Source of the DNA: the human T2T-CHM13v2.0 reference genome, Homo sapiens
DNA length: 64,000 nt
Assembly (NCBI RefSeq): GCF_009914755.1
Contig: NC_060948.1
Reading direction: 5' to 3' (one strand)
The stretch's first letter is position 1. The number at the start of each line of letters is the position of its first letter. Below are positions 41,194 to 57,379 of the stretch, one piece after another. The position numbers and the translations under genes were made by a program. The notes beneath the pieces were generated by a model. The model was given only the letters and a program-made list of their open reading frames with translations, made no database searches and was not told the origin of the DNA.

Positions 41194-41761
41194 TTATATG
41201 CAGTGAGTTTTCTTTTCACTGAATATAATAAACATAATAAATTTATTAAGAAGTGCCAGCCTAATGGAGAGAAGATGAAATGGTTCTGCTTTTTAAAAAA
41301 TCACTGCTTTTAACTTTTGGATGACATCCATAAATGCTATCTAGGGTAAATTCCACCACTTTCTTTCCTTTAAATCCCAGAGTTTGCAATTCAATCTCTA
41401 ACTCAATTCAAATCTAATTTCAACTTCTCTCTTTCTCATATCTTTAGTTTGAGGTCACATATACCCAGAGGAAAGAGTAGTCTGCTCTTTTACCTCGCTG
41501 TTCATACCACCTTTAGGCAGGACCAGGGATATGTTCTCTCCCTGTTTCCCGAGTCTGACTTTTCCAGGGGGAAAAGCACAAGGAGAGACCAGTGCACCAG
41601 GGTTCACTCTAGGTGGACAGAAAACATTCTTGTTCTTGCTCCTCTTTAGTCTGTTTTCATCTACTGGTGGCCTATTCTAGTGTTACTGTTTTCTCACAGT
41701 TAATATGTGTACTTTCTTTGGATGTTCATCAGCCATATTTCAGGTCCATGAACCTGAAACC

Positions 41762-41763
<2 letters not shown>

Positions 41764-41794
<31 letters not shown>
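41764..41794. repeat. (GA)n microsatellite
   Basis: GA run. Confidence 0.95.
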
Positions 41795-41797
<3 letters not shown>

Positions 41798-42179
41798 CAC
41801 GTTTCCTTTGGACCCCTGTGAAAGCATATTGTCAGCAGTGTACCCATCAACTCTTGCTCTAGGTAGCGCATCTCATAAATTGGTGTTTGCTTGGGTCACC
41901 CAATGGAACCTGTTCCATACTATCCTTTTTGCTCCTTCACCTGTAGCTATGAGAACTATGAAGGAACTGTCTGATGCTGTCTTATCACTCCACACCCCTC
42001 CTTCCCTGACAATTTATTGTCCTATTGCCCTGCAGTTCTTTCTTGCCTGTCTTGTATTGGTTACTATTCTACCAATTTCTTAACCTTTGGAAATATTCAG
42101 AAATGTAGACACTAGTTTTCATGTTCACATACATGTCAAGTTCTATCAAGAATCTCCTTACAGAATGGAAAATAGTTGA

Positions 42180-43437
<1,258 letters not shown>

Positions 43438-44844
43438 AAGAATCTTCTTAGAACATTCATCTCACTTGTTTGGTAGCAGCAGATGGCACTGAAGATTTGT
43501 CAGTTCTGCAAATTTTCATCTGAGGCAAGAAGTGGCAGTCTCCTTTGAGTAGACACTGCCAATCTTTATGATTAACTTTCTTGTAGCCTCCCCTTGTCTA
43601 ACTACCAGGAAAAGAGAATGTAACGGCCCTCCCCAAATGCTGAAGTCGTGAAAGTAAAACATCTAAGCATAAATTCCACATTACTCACAAGGCCAATGAC
43701 ACTGTTGACTCTTTTTCCTTTACCTGCTCCAGTCTTTGGTTAGAGGTGGTGAAGTGGTGGTGACGGGTAGGTAGGTGGTTGTTTATACAGGCCATAAATG
43801 GTGATCTTTAGTGAGGACTGAAAGTTGATATCTGATGTCAATTATCTGAAGCTATCTTTGGCCTGGACAGTAATTATAGCCTCTTTATAAACATTTTGGA
43901 TCTTACTTGTTAATTCAAGGGCAAAAAGAAGCTAAGTTTTAGTAGCATTTTGTTTTTACTTGAGACCGTCCTTTGTGTTTAATTTGCTGTTCCTTTAATA
44001 ACTTCTTGTGATGGATGCTTATGCCTGATACGCACATATATGGCTTAAATTTTCCTGTAAGCATAGTTTTAATATTGTCTTACCTTTCGATGTATAGCAT
44101 CTTTAATATTATTCAGTTCCAAATACATTCTAAATTCTATCATGATTTCTCCTTTAAATAATGGGTAATTTTAAAGTCCATTACTTAAAGCTCACACATT
44201 TGAGTACTTACTTATTTATTGCTTTATATCACTCTGGGCAGAGAGAGTGTTTTACATGACTTTCATTTCTTGAAAATTCATTGAAAGTTGATCTATGGAA
44301 CAGCATGTGTACAGTTTTGGAAAATGCTCCTTGTTCCCTTTAAAATAATATTTATCCTGACATTGTTGGGCACAGTGTTCTACACATGTCAATTACATCA
44401 AGAAGAATCTTTCCTGATAGTTACATCAGTTACTGAGATGTGTTTAAAAATTTATTTATAATTCTGTATTTGCCTATATGTTCTTTAATTTGGTCATGTT
44501 TGCTCTTTATATTTTAAGAATATGTCATTAGATGCATATGCATTTAGAATTAGTGTATGGTAATTAATTTTCCTAATGTCTATTTTCTTTTTATATAGCT
44601 ACACTAACTTGCTGTTGGTTACTATTTCAGTAATATATTTTTCACAAACTTTTACTTTAAAAGTTTCTATAGCCATATGTTTAAAATATAACTTTTATTA
44701 GCACCACTTAGTTATAATTTTCTTTGTTCCTTTTATCCTGATGACCTTAGTTTTTAGTTGAAATATTTATTGAATTTACATTTAATGTAATTAATTTTAT
44801 ATTTGTGATTACTTATCATTTGCTTTATACTTGCCTAAAGTACA

Positions 44845-44985
44845 AGTGTTTCCTGGCTTATAATAGTCTTGGCTTACAATTTTGTTTTTTTACTTTATGT
44901 TGCTACAGATGTGACACTTAATATGCTCCTTGATTTATGATTGGGTTACATTCAGATAAACCTATTTTAAGTTGAAAATATTATA
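44845..44985. mobile_element. MER47/Tigger5-like fragment
   Basis: ATGCTCCTTGATTTATGATTGGGTTACATTCAGATAAACCTATTTTAAGTTGAAAATAT. Confidence 0.6.
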
Positions 44986-45139
44986 CATATATATTACTTA
45001 TATATAAATATTATATATGTATATGTAAGCTATTTAGCATATATATAGTATACGTTTTCTAGTTGTTCTTAGATATTCTGATAGAGCAATCATACATTGA
45101 AAATATCTATATCTATATATGTGTGTGTATATATATGTG

Positions 45140-45175
<36 letters not shown>

Positions 45176-45839
45176 GCATTTATTTACCATAGTACAAGTT
45201 TTCTACCTGTTCTTAGAGTGGTTAATTACAAATCATTAGTTCACCATTATCAGGAGGAGAATTCTTCTAATAAATATCTTGTTTTAATTATATATATATT
45301 TATTTAGTGAAGCTAATTCCCCACCACTTACTCTTTTGAAATTTATCTAATTTCATGTATTTATTCTCCCATGAGAACTTTAGAATAATTTTGTCAATTT
45401 ATAAAACAGAGTTTCATTGCACTTATTTATTTATTTGGAAGAGGTGACATTGTTTTACTAGGATTTTATCAGAGTAAAAATACATGACTTGAAAATAATG
45501 ATAATTTGAGAACACTGTTTTTGATTTTTATAACATGTCTTTTTATCTTTGTCATGACATTTTAAATACAATGGCTAATTTTTTCAATTTTAACATGAAA
45601 CTGACTAATGAATGGACTCTTTTTAAAAGAAAACAATAGGCATGTATTTTTCTATTTCTCAGTTACTTTTTTTAATTGGAAATTAATGTGGGATTTTATT
45701 CATATCCTTCTATTTTTCTTTTTCTTTTAACTAATATTTATTTTTTCTCTCCTAGATGGCAGGCAGTCATATATTGTAGGTATCACAATGAACAAAAGAC
45801 AGTGAGACAATTTGTAAGCTTTATTGGATCTTATAGTCG

Positions 45840-46220
45840 ATATCAGTCAGGGTCTTAGCAAAAAACAGATGGCATACTCAAAAGTTACTACTACTCCTAG
45901 GCCTAAAGAGGCAAAGGGAGGAAATACTTTCTGGAGCATGCAGTGAAAGTTGTATCTGTGTGAAAGTTTTGACCACGGGAGCTATTAACAGATAGACAAA
46001 TCAGCCCAGACAACTTGCAGCCTATAAGAGAAGGAAACAAAGGAATTAGTACTTCATTCTCTTCTTCCACCCTCAGATATCTTGACAGTATTTTCCTTTG
46101 GCCAAATCTAGTTGGAAGCTAGAGGGTAAAGAAGCCCAAGCAGGCCAGATTCATGGAAAATAGTACAACATGGAAATAGATAGAGAATCAATCTATAGCA
46201 AAAACTAAAGAATAAGCAGC
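45840..46220. mobile_element. ancient ERVL/MaLR-type LTR remnant
   Basis: TATCAGTCAGGGTCTTAGCAAAAAACAGATGGCATACTCAAA terminus; family not resolved. Confidence 0.5.
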
Positions 46221-46399
46221 ACATAATATATGGAAACTGGCATTCAAGTAGGTAAGCATTATATAGAGTGATAAGTGCTATGTTAGAGGAAGTTCTGCAT
46301 GGCATTACGATTTTTAGAAGGGGCATCCCTGATTTGCTACTCTGTAGTAACTCTTGGAAAGGTGTTGTCCACCTGTTCTTCTCTAATCTGATCAATTCA

Positions 46400-47450
46400 T
46401 ATTCAGTAATTTTAAAAAACATTTTATTATGCAAATTTTTGAATCCACACAAAAGTAAAGAGAACAGTAATTAGTTATGATGTATACATCATGCAGTCAA
46501 CAACCATCACTATCTTGGAATTTTGAGCCTTCTATCATCCAACTACTCTTTTAATTTTATTTGAGAAGGGTTTATAAAATATTACAGCATTATGTTATTT
46601 TACCAGAAAATACTTAAATGCACATCTCTGACAATAATATTTTAAATAGATTTTACATATCACCATGTCATTATCATACTTCATAACATTAACTTATTAT
46701 CCTAAGAAAATTAAATTCTTTAACACCATCTAATATTATCTATACACAAATATCCCTCAGATCATGCAACTGATTGAGAGAGAAACCAGACCATTTATCC
46801 TATAGATCATCCCACATTCTGAATATCACAGATTGGTTCCTCATGACCTCATTTAATATATTCCTCTTTTTCTGGTATTTCCCATAAAATTGTGTGTAGC
46901 TATAGAGCCTTAATTGTATTTTGGTCCAATTTTAGGCAAGAATATTTAGTGAGCGGTGGTGTGTACTTTTCATTACATTACCTTGGAGGCACATAATGTC
47001 TGATTGTCCTTTTTCCAGTAATGAAAACTGTTATTGTGGGTTCAGATTATGTCAACCTGACCCTTCCATCACCAAATTTCTCACCAACAATTCAACTAAG
47101 GTTTTTAGAATTAAGTGATTATTGTTGTCAAGGTACATTATGCCTTTAGGGGATATAAAATGGAGATTTTCTTGTTCTATCATTCCTTTTGAATCCATCA
47201 GTTCAACAAAGGACAACTTTCTCTCCTCAGTAATTAGCTTATCTTAAAATGCACTTCATCTGGAAAGGGAAGGTGAATGCTTAAGTTTTCCACTTCATCT
47301 GTTTTCAGAAAAATGGGTTGATACCTTAGCAACTTCCCATGGTATCTAATAAGTTTTTATCACTCTCAATTTATTTATTTTTATACATGTGATGTGTTTT
47401 TGACCATTGAAGTTATTATGCCATTTTCTGTCCAGTGGGAGTTCACTAAG
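46400..47450 (-). mobile_element. old L1MC-like fragment
   Basis: ATCCCACATTCTGAAT...TGGAGGCACATAATGTCTGATTGTCC...TTGATACCTTAGCAACTTCCCATGG. Confidence 0.55.
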
Positions 47451-49638
47451 TTAACATGTACATTAATATTTTACTTAACTTGAAATCGAGATCTCTCTTT
47501 GAATTATACTCGCTCCCAAAATCTATCCCTTTGAAAATACTCTATGTTGCTACTAGATTTTGACTGAATGTCACATGAACACACTTGAATGCTCTAACCA
47601 CTAGCCATATATTGGATAGAGTTCCATATTCATTCTAACTTTTCAAGACATCACCAATTGACTCCAGTTCAGTTGTATGTCAGACATGCCACTTAACTGA
47701 AATTTGATTTCTATAGCTTGTCATGCCTACAAATTCGGTTTATACTCATTGTTATGGAATTTGGAGTTCTATATGATTTGTCCTTAAACTTATTTCTCAT
47801 TACTACTTCACCCTACCTCATTGCTGCCCTATTTGTCTTTTTCAGCTTCTGAAAGGCAGATCCTTATTGAATACTTCCTGCAAGTCTAGGTTTGTGGAAG
47901 TTTCTGAGCTAATTTGGGAAAGGGTAAAGGGAGTTGAAATCAAAACAGTAAGAGATGTACTCACATTTTTTTGCTAATTCCTCTAACTCCCTTTGCTATG
48001 GCTCTAGGCTCACCAAAAGAATACTGTCGGTTATGGGTCTTTCTAAGTAGATCTTACTTTCAAAAAGAGACTGCTCTCACCAAAGTAATTTATTGCCTAT
48101 TTCTCTTTCAGTTATGTTTTTTTCATTATAAATAAGTTCCTGGCATTTTCATTACAGGTAGCTTTCCATGCTGTATCTTTTACATAGAGAAAGTCCATAG
48201 AAAAAAAAGATGCCTCATCTACAGTGCCTAGTTATTATCATAGTCCTGTTTTTCACTGCAAACTAATTATTTGTATTTCTGATCAGTCTTGTGAGCCAGC
48301 ACAATGTGAATCTACCCACTCTCTGAGTGCTGATAACTTAGATCACTGAGTCAAAAAGGCTGCAGAGTAGATCTCAGGTGTTGGCATCATGATAATGAAT
48401 ATACCCGTGTGAGATATCAACAGCCTTTCCCCTGGTGGCACAAGTCTTTGTGTTAGCCTTATCCTCATCTATCTTATTTGAACTTCTGCAGGCACAATTT
48501 ACAAGGCATCACAGATTAGATTATGCTTTGATCCAATTATTTTATTTTATACATGAGAAAACTGAAGCCCTAAGAGGAAAGGACTTTTCTGAGATTACAA
48601 AGTCAAGAAAAAGCCACAATTTATTCCAAGTCTACTGATACTCAGTTGAACATTCCTTGCCTGATGGTTCTAGATGGATGAAAAAGCATTTTCTTATTAT
48701 CATTAGGATTTCATAAATATTCATGGATTATACAATTCTAGTGATGCCTGAGACCTTAGAGACCATTTAATCTATTGTATCTCAACAGGGATCTATGGAC
48801 TAGAAATATTAGAATGATCCCTGGACATTTTCATTCTATGGAACCGGGATGAGGACAAAAAAACTGTTTTTTATAAAAATGAAAACTTCCCAGGTGATTC
48901 TGCACAGTAAGACTTGGAAACCCTTCCTATTTTATAATTCCTTACATTTGCTGATGAATTAACAGGGCTAGGAAGGAGAAGAAATCTTTTCTTTACACGT
49001 AATTTCTTGCTTAGGGTCTTGATCATACCACAGTTGACTTTCGAGCAGTTATTTAAAACTCCAGTACTATGTACTGGAAGAGATTGAAGCTGTTCAGTAT
49101 GGAAGATCTATGTTAGGGATGCAACACCTAGAGTAAATCCTGGAGCAGATTGTGAAGTCAGTCGAGAATGTCATTTGGGCACAAGTGTTTTTTGCTTCTA
49201 TTGCTGAAATATGCATAACTTATGCTGTGGGACATATTCAAACAGGCAGAAAGCTGTTAGAAGAAAGCAATTAGAAGGAGGCAATCACACACCTTGCCAT
49301 CACTGAATTTAGAGAAATAATAATTGAAGTTGTCATTAAAGTCAAAGCTGGATGCATTTTGGAAGCGTAATCAGGTTCTGAAGGGCCCCAGTGCAAATTA
49401 TTCACGTCTTTGGAGGTTGTTCTCAGCTACATGCTACAATTAGGAAAGTAGGTTGTACTTTGATACTTATAGATAGTTCTGGTTCTGTGACATTAACCCA
49501 TTTTAGAGGCTCATATGCCTATATCAATTGTCTATGCCAATACCTCCTCAGATGTGTATCTGTACATGATTTTTCTTAATGATATTGCACACTTTCACAT
49601 GTGAGGCACAACCATAAGTCATTTAAAACAGGACTATG

Positions 49639-49701
49639 AATAGCCAGGCAAATTCATAACCTCTTTTAAAAAGGGAATAGTTAAATGAATTATAGTAGAG
49701 T
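49639..49701 (+). repeat. 63-bp direct duplication, copy 1 (partner 51170-51232)
   Basis: AATAGCCAGG(C/G)AAATTCATAACCTCTTTTAAAAAGGGAATAGTTAAATGAATTATAGTAGAGT occurs twice with one mismatch. Confidence 0.92.
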
Positions 49702-51169
49702 CAGATAAGGGAGTAAGACAACTTGTATAGGTTTAACATAAAAGGTAAATTTACTTAGTGGTATTTGTTCAGAGGCAAGAATTATCATATTCAATTTGTG
49801 GAAGATAATGAGAAAGATTGATGGCATATGAGGTAGGCCTTGGAGAATGGGGTGGGTAGAGACTGACAAGAGAGACAGAGGAGAGAGAGAGAGAGAGAGA
49901 GAGAAGCAAGAAGGGAGAGAGAAAGAATGAACTAAAGCATTCATTCCAGGCTTCCAGGCTTCCAGGCTCAGAGAACTGTATGAATAATGCTACAGATGAA
50001 TGACAGTACAAAATAGATCAGGCTAACCCAGAGACTTATCCTGAGCAGATATTATTTGAAAGGACAGTACATCCTCTACGTTTCCTTAAGAAGCTTTCAC
50101 TCGAAAGCTCCTGTCTTGCCCTTTCATAGATTGGTTGTAAACAGAGAGGTGTAGTTGAACATCACCTGTAGAACAAATAGGGTATTAACAGAAACCTAGA
50201 ACTCTGACAATGATGCTATAATTGTGTGGAAGGTGGGTCAGTAGTGTTAAGAAAATAGGAGTAAAGGATTTAGAAACAGAAGGGTAAATTTGCAGTCTCT
50301 TCATTGTTACTAATTAACCATGTGACCTTGGGTTTTTACTCAATGCCTTTTGCGCATTGCTTTCTTTCTTTATAAAAATAGTATGAAAATGCCTCTACTT
50401 TCTAGGTCTGTGGATTGCTGTGAAAGTCAAATAAGATAAATGCAAATTTTGGTGTTATTATTAGAAGTAATAATGGTAAAAAAGATTTTTTATTTATGCT
50501 GTGTAAGATATTTTTTCATACTTTTTCAAAATATCAATTCTGTAGTGTCATAAATAATTTTATTAAATGAATCACTGGTACGAAGATCACATTCTGATTC
50601 ATAAGTCCTGTCTGGATGACTTAGAAATATTTAACTGTTAATATGAGTATGACAATCCAGCAGAATGAATCATTAAGGAGGAAAAAGAACCCATTTTATG
50701 CATCAGACAGATTTCAGTAGCTTACGTTGTCTACCCGCAGGAGCTGGACACAATGGTTCTTGCATATTTTGGATTCAAATGCATTTTTATTATTATTGTA
50801 CCCCTGAAGCTAGGTTTGGAAAGGCAACATTTTTTACTTAAGACAACTTAGGAAAAAAAAAACTATTTCTAAGTTATCACATTGGAAGGGTTGTCATGAG
50901 ACGATCATGTTATTTTATTTGCCAAATATGAATACATTTCCTCAGTAATGTGCTTTTGAATTTCTGTAGTTGTTGTGGTTTTTAGAGAAAGAAGATACTG
51001 TTCTAAATAAAATAAAGAACATGCTCAAATAACCAACTAATAAAGGGATGAAAATAATCAATTAACATTGAGAGGCTTGTTCACTCTCACTGGTAATCAA
51101 ATAAATGCAATGTAAATAAATCATTGAGTTATTATTTCAAACTATCGAATTTGTAAAATTTAAAAGAAA

Positions 51170-51232
51170 AATAGCCAGGGAAATTCATAACCTCTTTTAA
51201 AAAGGGAATAGTTAAATGAATTATAGTAGAGT
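51170..51232 (+). repeat. 63-bp direct duplication, copy 2
   Basis: Matches 49639-49701. Confidence 0.92.
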
Positions 51233-54200
51233 GATTCAAGTACATTCTAAAGAATAGATGGCAGTGAGGAAATAATCATTATAAATACATAAAACAATCT
51301 GATATACAATTGGTGATCTGCAAGGAAATGTGGGGAAAAGGCAGTAGCATTTACTTCTGAATGGTTGTACAATTTTTAGAGCTTTATAAACTCAGTTTCT
51401 GAATTTTCTGCAATGATTATTACTGTTATTATCAATAAAAATGAGAAAACAAAAATACATGTGTATGCACTCATGCATGAATGCACCCTACATCTTCTAG
51501 AGTTTCTTGGTACTTAATTACAGTAAAACTATAATCTACCACAAAATGACAGCAGCATGCTTTATTGAGCTGCAGTCATGCATGTGGCCTGTTTATTCTT
51601 TTTTTTTATCAACCTATACTTCTTGTTTGGCTTTCTGTACTATAGGTATTTGATATTATAAATATTAATATTATAGATATTTGCAGGTTACATATTTCCA
51701 GTTACCTAGCCACAGATATCAGTGGTGGTATGTGCACTAACTACTACACTCATTTGGGACATAAATTTACATAACAGAAAGGCTCTTGTTTTTGTAATTT
51801 AAATGCACAGGGTTATTTTATTCTATGGGAGCAAGCAGAATTGAATTTAAACTGGCATTTTTCTCTATAGACCTGGGAGTATATTTTTTTTTTGAGATGG
51901 AGTTTGCTCGAATTTTACCTAGGAATGCACTATTTTATTATTTTATAGTGAATAATATCTGTGATAAGCATGCATTACATTACTACTTTCTGAGTCATGA
52001 ATACTACCAAGTAAATATCTCAAATTTATAAATTTTAATGCAATTTTTATTTCTGAATTGATCTTGTGTTTTTTTGATAGAATATACCTAAAAGGCTTAA
52101 AGTGCATATAACTGAGCAGTTTTCTTTTATGTAATGATGCAAAGTATATGAATAGTATGTAATCTGATTCAGCAAAGAGACAAGAGTTTATAGCCAAAAG
52201 ATTTGTGCTTTGAAGTTTGGAAATAGCTCTTATTATGAATTTTTGATCTTGGGTGGGCTATTAACTATGAGTCCTGGTGTCCTCATCCATAAAATGGTAT
52301 TAACAGCACCTGCCTTTTTTGCTTTTCAGGTTTAGAGACTTGAAAAATAAATAATAATACATGGAAGTTGTCTAACACCTTCTGTACCCAGCTTGACCAC
52401 ATACTCAGGTTTTTGGTAATTAGCACAATTAAAGTGAACCAAGGGGGAACAAGTTGCTGATTTAATTTGGGGTTACATTGTCTTCACCCTGTGTCATAGG
52501 CTAATTTAGTCCATGCATTCCTTAAGTATGCATGTCTATTTAAGAGATTAGCTGAGAGTGGCTGATATTCAATGTCAGTTTATCTCAGCTGTGGGAAAAC
52601 AATCCCTGTGTGTACCCTATCTGTGCTTGTGAGTCCACAGTGGGATTTTGTGTACAGAACAGCATGTTTATATTTACAAGATTGAAAATGTAGGTGAAGT
52701 TCATAAGCATCGGAAATAATTCTTTCTTCGTGAAAGCTGTCCTGCTCTTCTGGCATTCTTCTTTGTAACATTGAGTTTCACATATACTTTCCTTGTTACA
52801 TTGCAAACTCCATGGGGTCAAAGTGTGTGTTAGTTTTGCATACTACTGAGTCTGTTGTGTCCATTACAGTGCTTGACACACAGCAGATGCTCAGTAATTA
52901 TAATCGAAATTATCCACATACACACATATAAATATATATATATAAAATATATAAAAACAATTGACTGACAGACTCATTAATTCCCACTACCCACCTCCTA
53001 GTTCCTAGCATAGTGTCAGGTACTTATTAGGTGAACAATAGATAGTGACCATGTCTTCTTTATATTATTTAGCCTGAATTTCCAGCAATAAATCCCTGGA
53101 CAAAGTCTGTTGTTTATAGTACTATACCATAGATACAGGATATGTTTCCAGCAATAAATCCATGAACACAGTATGTATCTTATACAATCAAACCATGTGC
53201 CCAAGGTGACTCTTCAGCAGTAAATCAGTGTACACTACCTGAATCTCATAACCTTATCCTGTGGACACAAGCTGAGTCTCCAACAGTAAATCCATGCACA
53301 GAGACTGTAACTTCCACAGTCACACCATGGGCCAAGGAAGTATCTCCAGCAGTAATTCCATGGACACAGCCTACACCTTCTGTAATCGTACCTTGGACCC
53401 AGGTTGAATGTCCATCAGTAAATACCTGGAGAACATCCATAGCCGATACCATCACACTATGGAAAGGGGCAGAATTAACCTCAGGATATCCATGGATACT
53501 GCCTTGGGTTGCTACTGTCACACTATGGGCACAGTCTGAATCTCCAGCAGTAAATCTTTGGACACAGTCCATGTATGACAGAGACACACCATGGCCTCAA
53601 GCTGAATCTCCAGCAGTAGTTTACTGGACAGAACCTGTAGCTGATACACACAAACTGTGGACTCAGTTTGAATTTTTAACAGTAAAGTCTTGGATCCAAT
53701 CCATATCTGATACACTCATACCATAGACCTAGGCTAAGTCTTCAGCACTAAAGCATTTTACACAGGCAATAGCTTATACAATCAAATTGTGGAACCAAGT
53801 CAAATCACCTGCCATAAATATCTGGAAAGAATATGAAACCAATATGTTCACACAGTGGACTGAGGTTGAATCTCCAAAAGTAAATGAGGGGACACATCCC
53901 ACATCTACTACAGTTATGCTACTGAACCAAGTTAAATCTGTAGGAGTAAATCCCTCCGCAAAGCTTGAGACAGAAATTCTCATACTGTGGACCCAGGCTC
54001 ACACTAAAATCAACAATCCCTGCACATACACTCTACTTGATAGAGTGACATCATTGGCTAAGGATGTTTGTGTAGCAGTACATCCACGGAGGTAGTCTAA
54101 AACTGAAATAGTCACATCATAGGCCCAGGATCTGTTGCCAGCAATAAATCCCTTAACAGTGGCTGTACCTGGTAGAGTCACACTGCAGTACATGGCTGTA

Positions 54201-54534
54201 TCTCTAGTAATAATTGCCAGGAGAGAGGATCTAACTGATACAGTCATAATATAGACACAGATAAAATTACCAGTGATCAGTTTCTGGTTACAACCTCTGC
54301 CTGGCACAGTCAAACTGTGGACCCAAACAAAATATCCATCAGTATCACTTGGAACCAGGCTGAATTTCCAGCAGGAAATCCCATGATACAATCTAAGCCT
54401 CCACTTGTAAAGATATGAACAGAGTCTGAATCTCCAGCCCCAAGTCCTCTGTTACAGGCGGAAACGGATATAGCCATACCATGGACCCAGACTGAATCTT
54501 TGGCAGTAAATCCCTGGACAAAGCCTGCTGCTGA

Positions 54535-54883
<349 letters not shown>

Positions 54884-55328
54884 CATTAATCTTCTTTTCA
54901 CAAACTTTTCATGCTACACTGAAAGCATGGTTTCAAACTGAATGTCTACCAGTAAATACCTGGACAGAGGCTGCTGCTTCCAAACTTATACCCTGGATCT
55001 AGGCTGAATTTCCAGCAATAAATCCTTGGACAGAGACTTTTGCTCATACAGTAACAATTTTGGCACAGGCTGTATCTTCAACAGTGAAGACCTGGCCACA
55101 ATCTTCATTTAATACAACCAGATTATGGTCCCAATCTGAATCTGCAGCATTAATTACATAGATACAGCCTGCATCTGACACATGCATAGGACTGATCCAA
55201 ATTGAATCTTCACTAGTAAATACCTGGATACTGCCTATATCTAATACATTAGCACAGTGGACCCAGCCTGTATCTCTAGCAGTCAATCTGTGAATAGAAG
55301 CAATAGCTTCCATAGTCACACCTTGGAC

Positions 55329-56439
55329 TGTTGTGGGAAGTCAGGGACCCCTAACAGAGGGACAGGCTGAAGCCACGGCAGAAAAACATAAATTGTGAAG
55401 ATTTCATGGACATTTATTAGATCCCCAAATTAATACTTTTATAATTTCTTACACCTGTCTTTACTGCAATCTCTGAACATAAATTGTGAAGATTTCATGG
55501 ACACTTATCACTTCCCCAGTCAATACCCTTGTGATTTCCTAAGCCTATCTTTACTTTAATCTCTTAATCCCATCATTTTCTTAAACTGAGGAAGATGTAT
55601 ATCGCCTCAGGACCCTGTGATGTTTGTGTTAACTGCACAAATTATTTGTAGAGCATGCGTGTTTGAACAATATGAAATCTGGGCACCTTGAAAAAAGAAC
55701 AGGAAAACAGCAATTTTCAGGGAAGAAGAGAGATAACCTTAAACTCTGACCACTGGTGAGTCAGGCAGAACAGAGCCATATTTCTCTTCTTTGAAAAGCA
55801 AATGGGAGAAATATCGCTGAATTCTTTTTCTCAGCAAGGAACATCCCTGAGAAAGAGAACGTGTACCTGACGATAGGACTCTAAAATGGCCCCTTTCGGT
55901 GTGGTCGTCTTCTATGGTCCAGCCGTAGGGAGGAAATAAGCCCCAGACTCCCATAGCGCTCCCAGGCTTATTAGGACAAGGAAATTCTCACCTAATAAAT
56001 TTTTGGTCAGACTGCTTGTCTGCTCTCAAACACGGTCTCCTGATAAGATGTTATCAATGACATTGCAGGCCCAAAGCTTCATTAGCAATTTTAATATCAC
56101 CCCAGTCCTGTGGTCCTGTGATCTTGTCCTGCCTCTATTTGCCTTGTGATATTCTATTACATTGTAAAGTATGTGATCTCTGTGACCCACACCATATTCC
56201 TACACTCCCTCTCCTTTGAAAATCACTAATAAAAACTTGCTGGTTTTACGGCTCGGGGGGCATCACGGAACCTACCGACATGTGATGTCTCCCCCGGATG
56301 CCCAGCTTTAAAATTTCTCTCTTTTGTACTATTTCCCTTTATTTCTCAAACCAGCCAATGCTTAGGGAAAATAGATAAGAACCTACGTGAAATATTGGGG
56401 GTGAATTTTGCCTGATATCTGGCTGAATTTCCTCTGATA
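55329..56439 (+). mobile_element. solo MER11 LTR (HERV-K11/HML-8; MER11B-like)
   Basis: Starts TGTTGTGGGAAGTCAGGGACCCC; duplicated AACATAAATTGTGAAGATTTCATGGACA block; 6-bp TSD TTGGAC. Confidence 0.93.
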
Positions 56440-57167
56440 TTGGACCAAAGCTTTGCTTCTAGGAACAAAACACTGGACACATCTTGTATCTGATATACTA
56501 GCACTGTGGACCCAGGTCGATTCTTCTGCAGTCATTCCCTCCACAGGCAGTATGTGACACAATTATACTGTGACTGCATGCTGCAGTCTCCAGTAGGAAT
56601 TACTTGGACACAGACTGTATCTGATCTTTTTATATTGTGGAACCATGATGAATCCTCAGCAGAACATCCAGGGGCATGGACTGTAGTTTCCACAATGTTA
56701 CCATGTACCCAGTTACCCCTTCAGCAGGAAAAACCTGGACACTACCTGTGTCAGAATCAATTACTCCACGGACCCAGTCTAGGTCTCCAGTAATGAAAAC
56801 ATGGACAGAGGCTGCAGCTTCCACACTCTTGAAGTGGACTCATGATGATTTTCCAGATGCAAATTCTTATACAGAGACTGAAAGGGGCACATGTTGGACA
56901 ATGCGTAAAACTGAAGCTAAGAAACTCTGGAAAATGCCTGAAGCTAAAATATTTAGAGTTTCATTACCAACTCAACCTCATACTCACGACCTGTGATTCA
57001 TGAAGAAAATCAAGCACCTATTTTATGGACACATCATGAAATTGAAAATATCAATGAACGGACATTGTCTGAATTTGAAACACTTATATCCTGGATAGTG
57101 CCTGTGCTGCAAGCAGCAGAACAATGGCCCCAGCCTGAAGCTCTGCTTAGCAGACTTTCATTTAAAA

Positions 57168-57379
57168 CTGGCACAAAGCCCTAGGTCTTCGGTCAAGTGC
57201 ACCCTTTCCTTTCCTGGTTCAAGGGAGTGACACAGTCTAGCCATGCTCCCTGGTACAAGCAAGAGCCCATGACTACCTCTGCTTCTGTGTCCCATTAAGT
57301 CTCTACCTCTACAAATGCTTTGGTTTTACTTCCACTCCTGCTTTTACTTGACCACACTTCTCTCTGCCACAGCCTCAGA
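57168..57379 (+). pseudogene. C-terminal tail of a deleted S1 protease domain plus Ser/Thr linker
   Basis: TKP*VFGQVHPFLSWFKGV resembles the KPGVYTKVxxYxxWI end of trypsin-family domains; followed by MTTSASVS..VSTSTN and donor GTAAGG. Confidence 0.6.

Noticed and set aside
52580-52821. Short minus-strand ORFs with protein-like composition
   Set aside because: No recognisable motif and no supporting exon structure.
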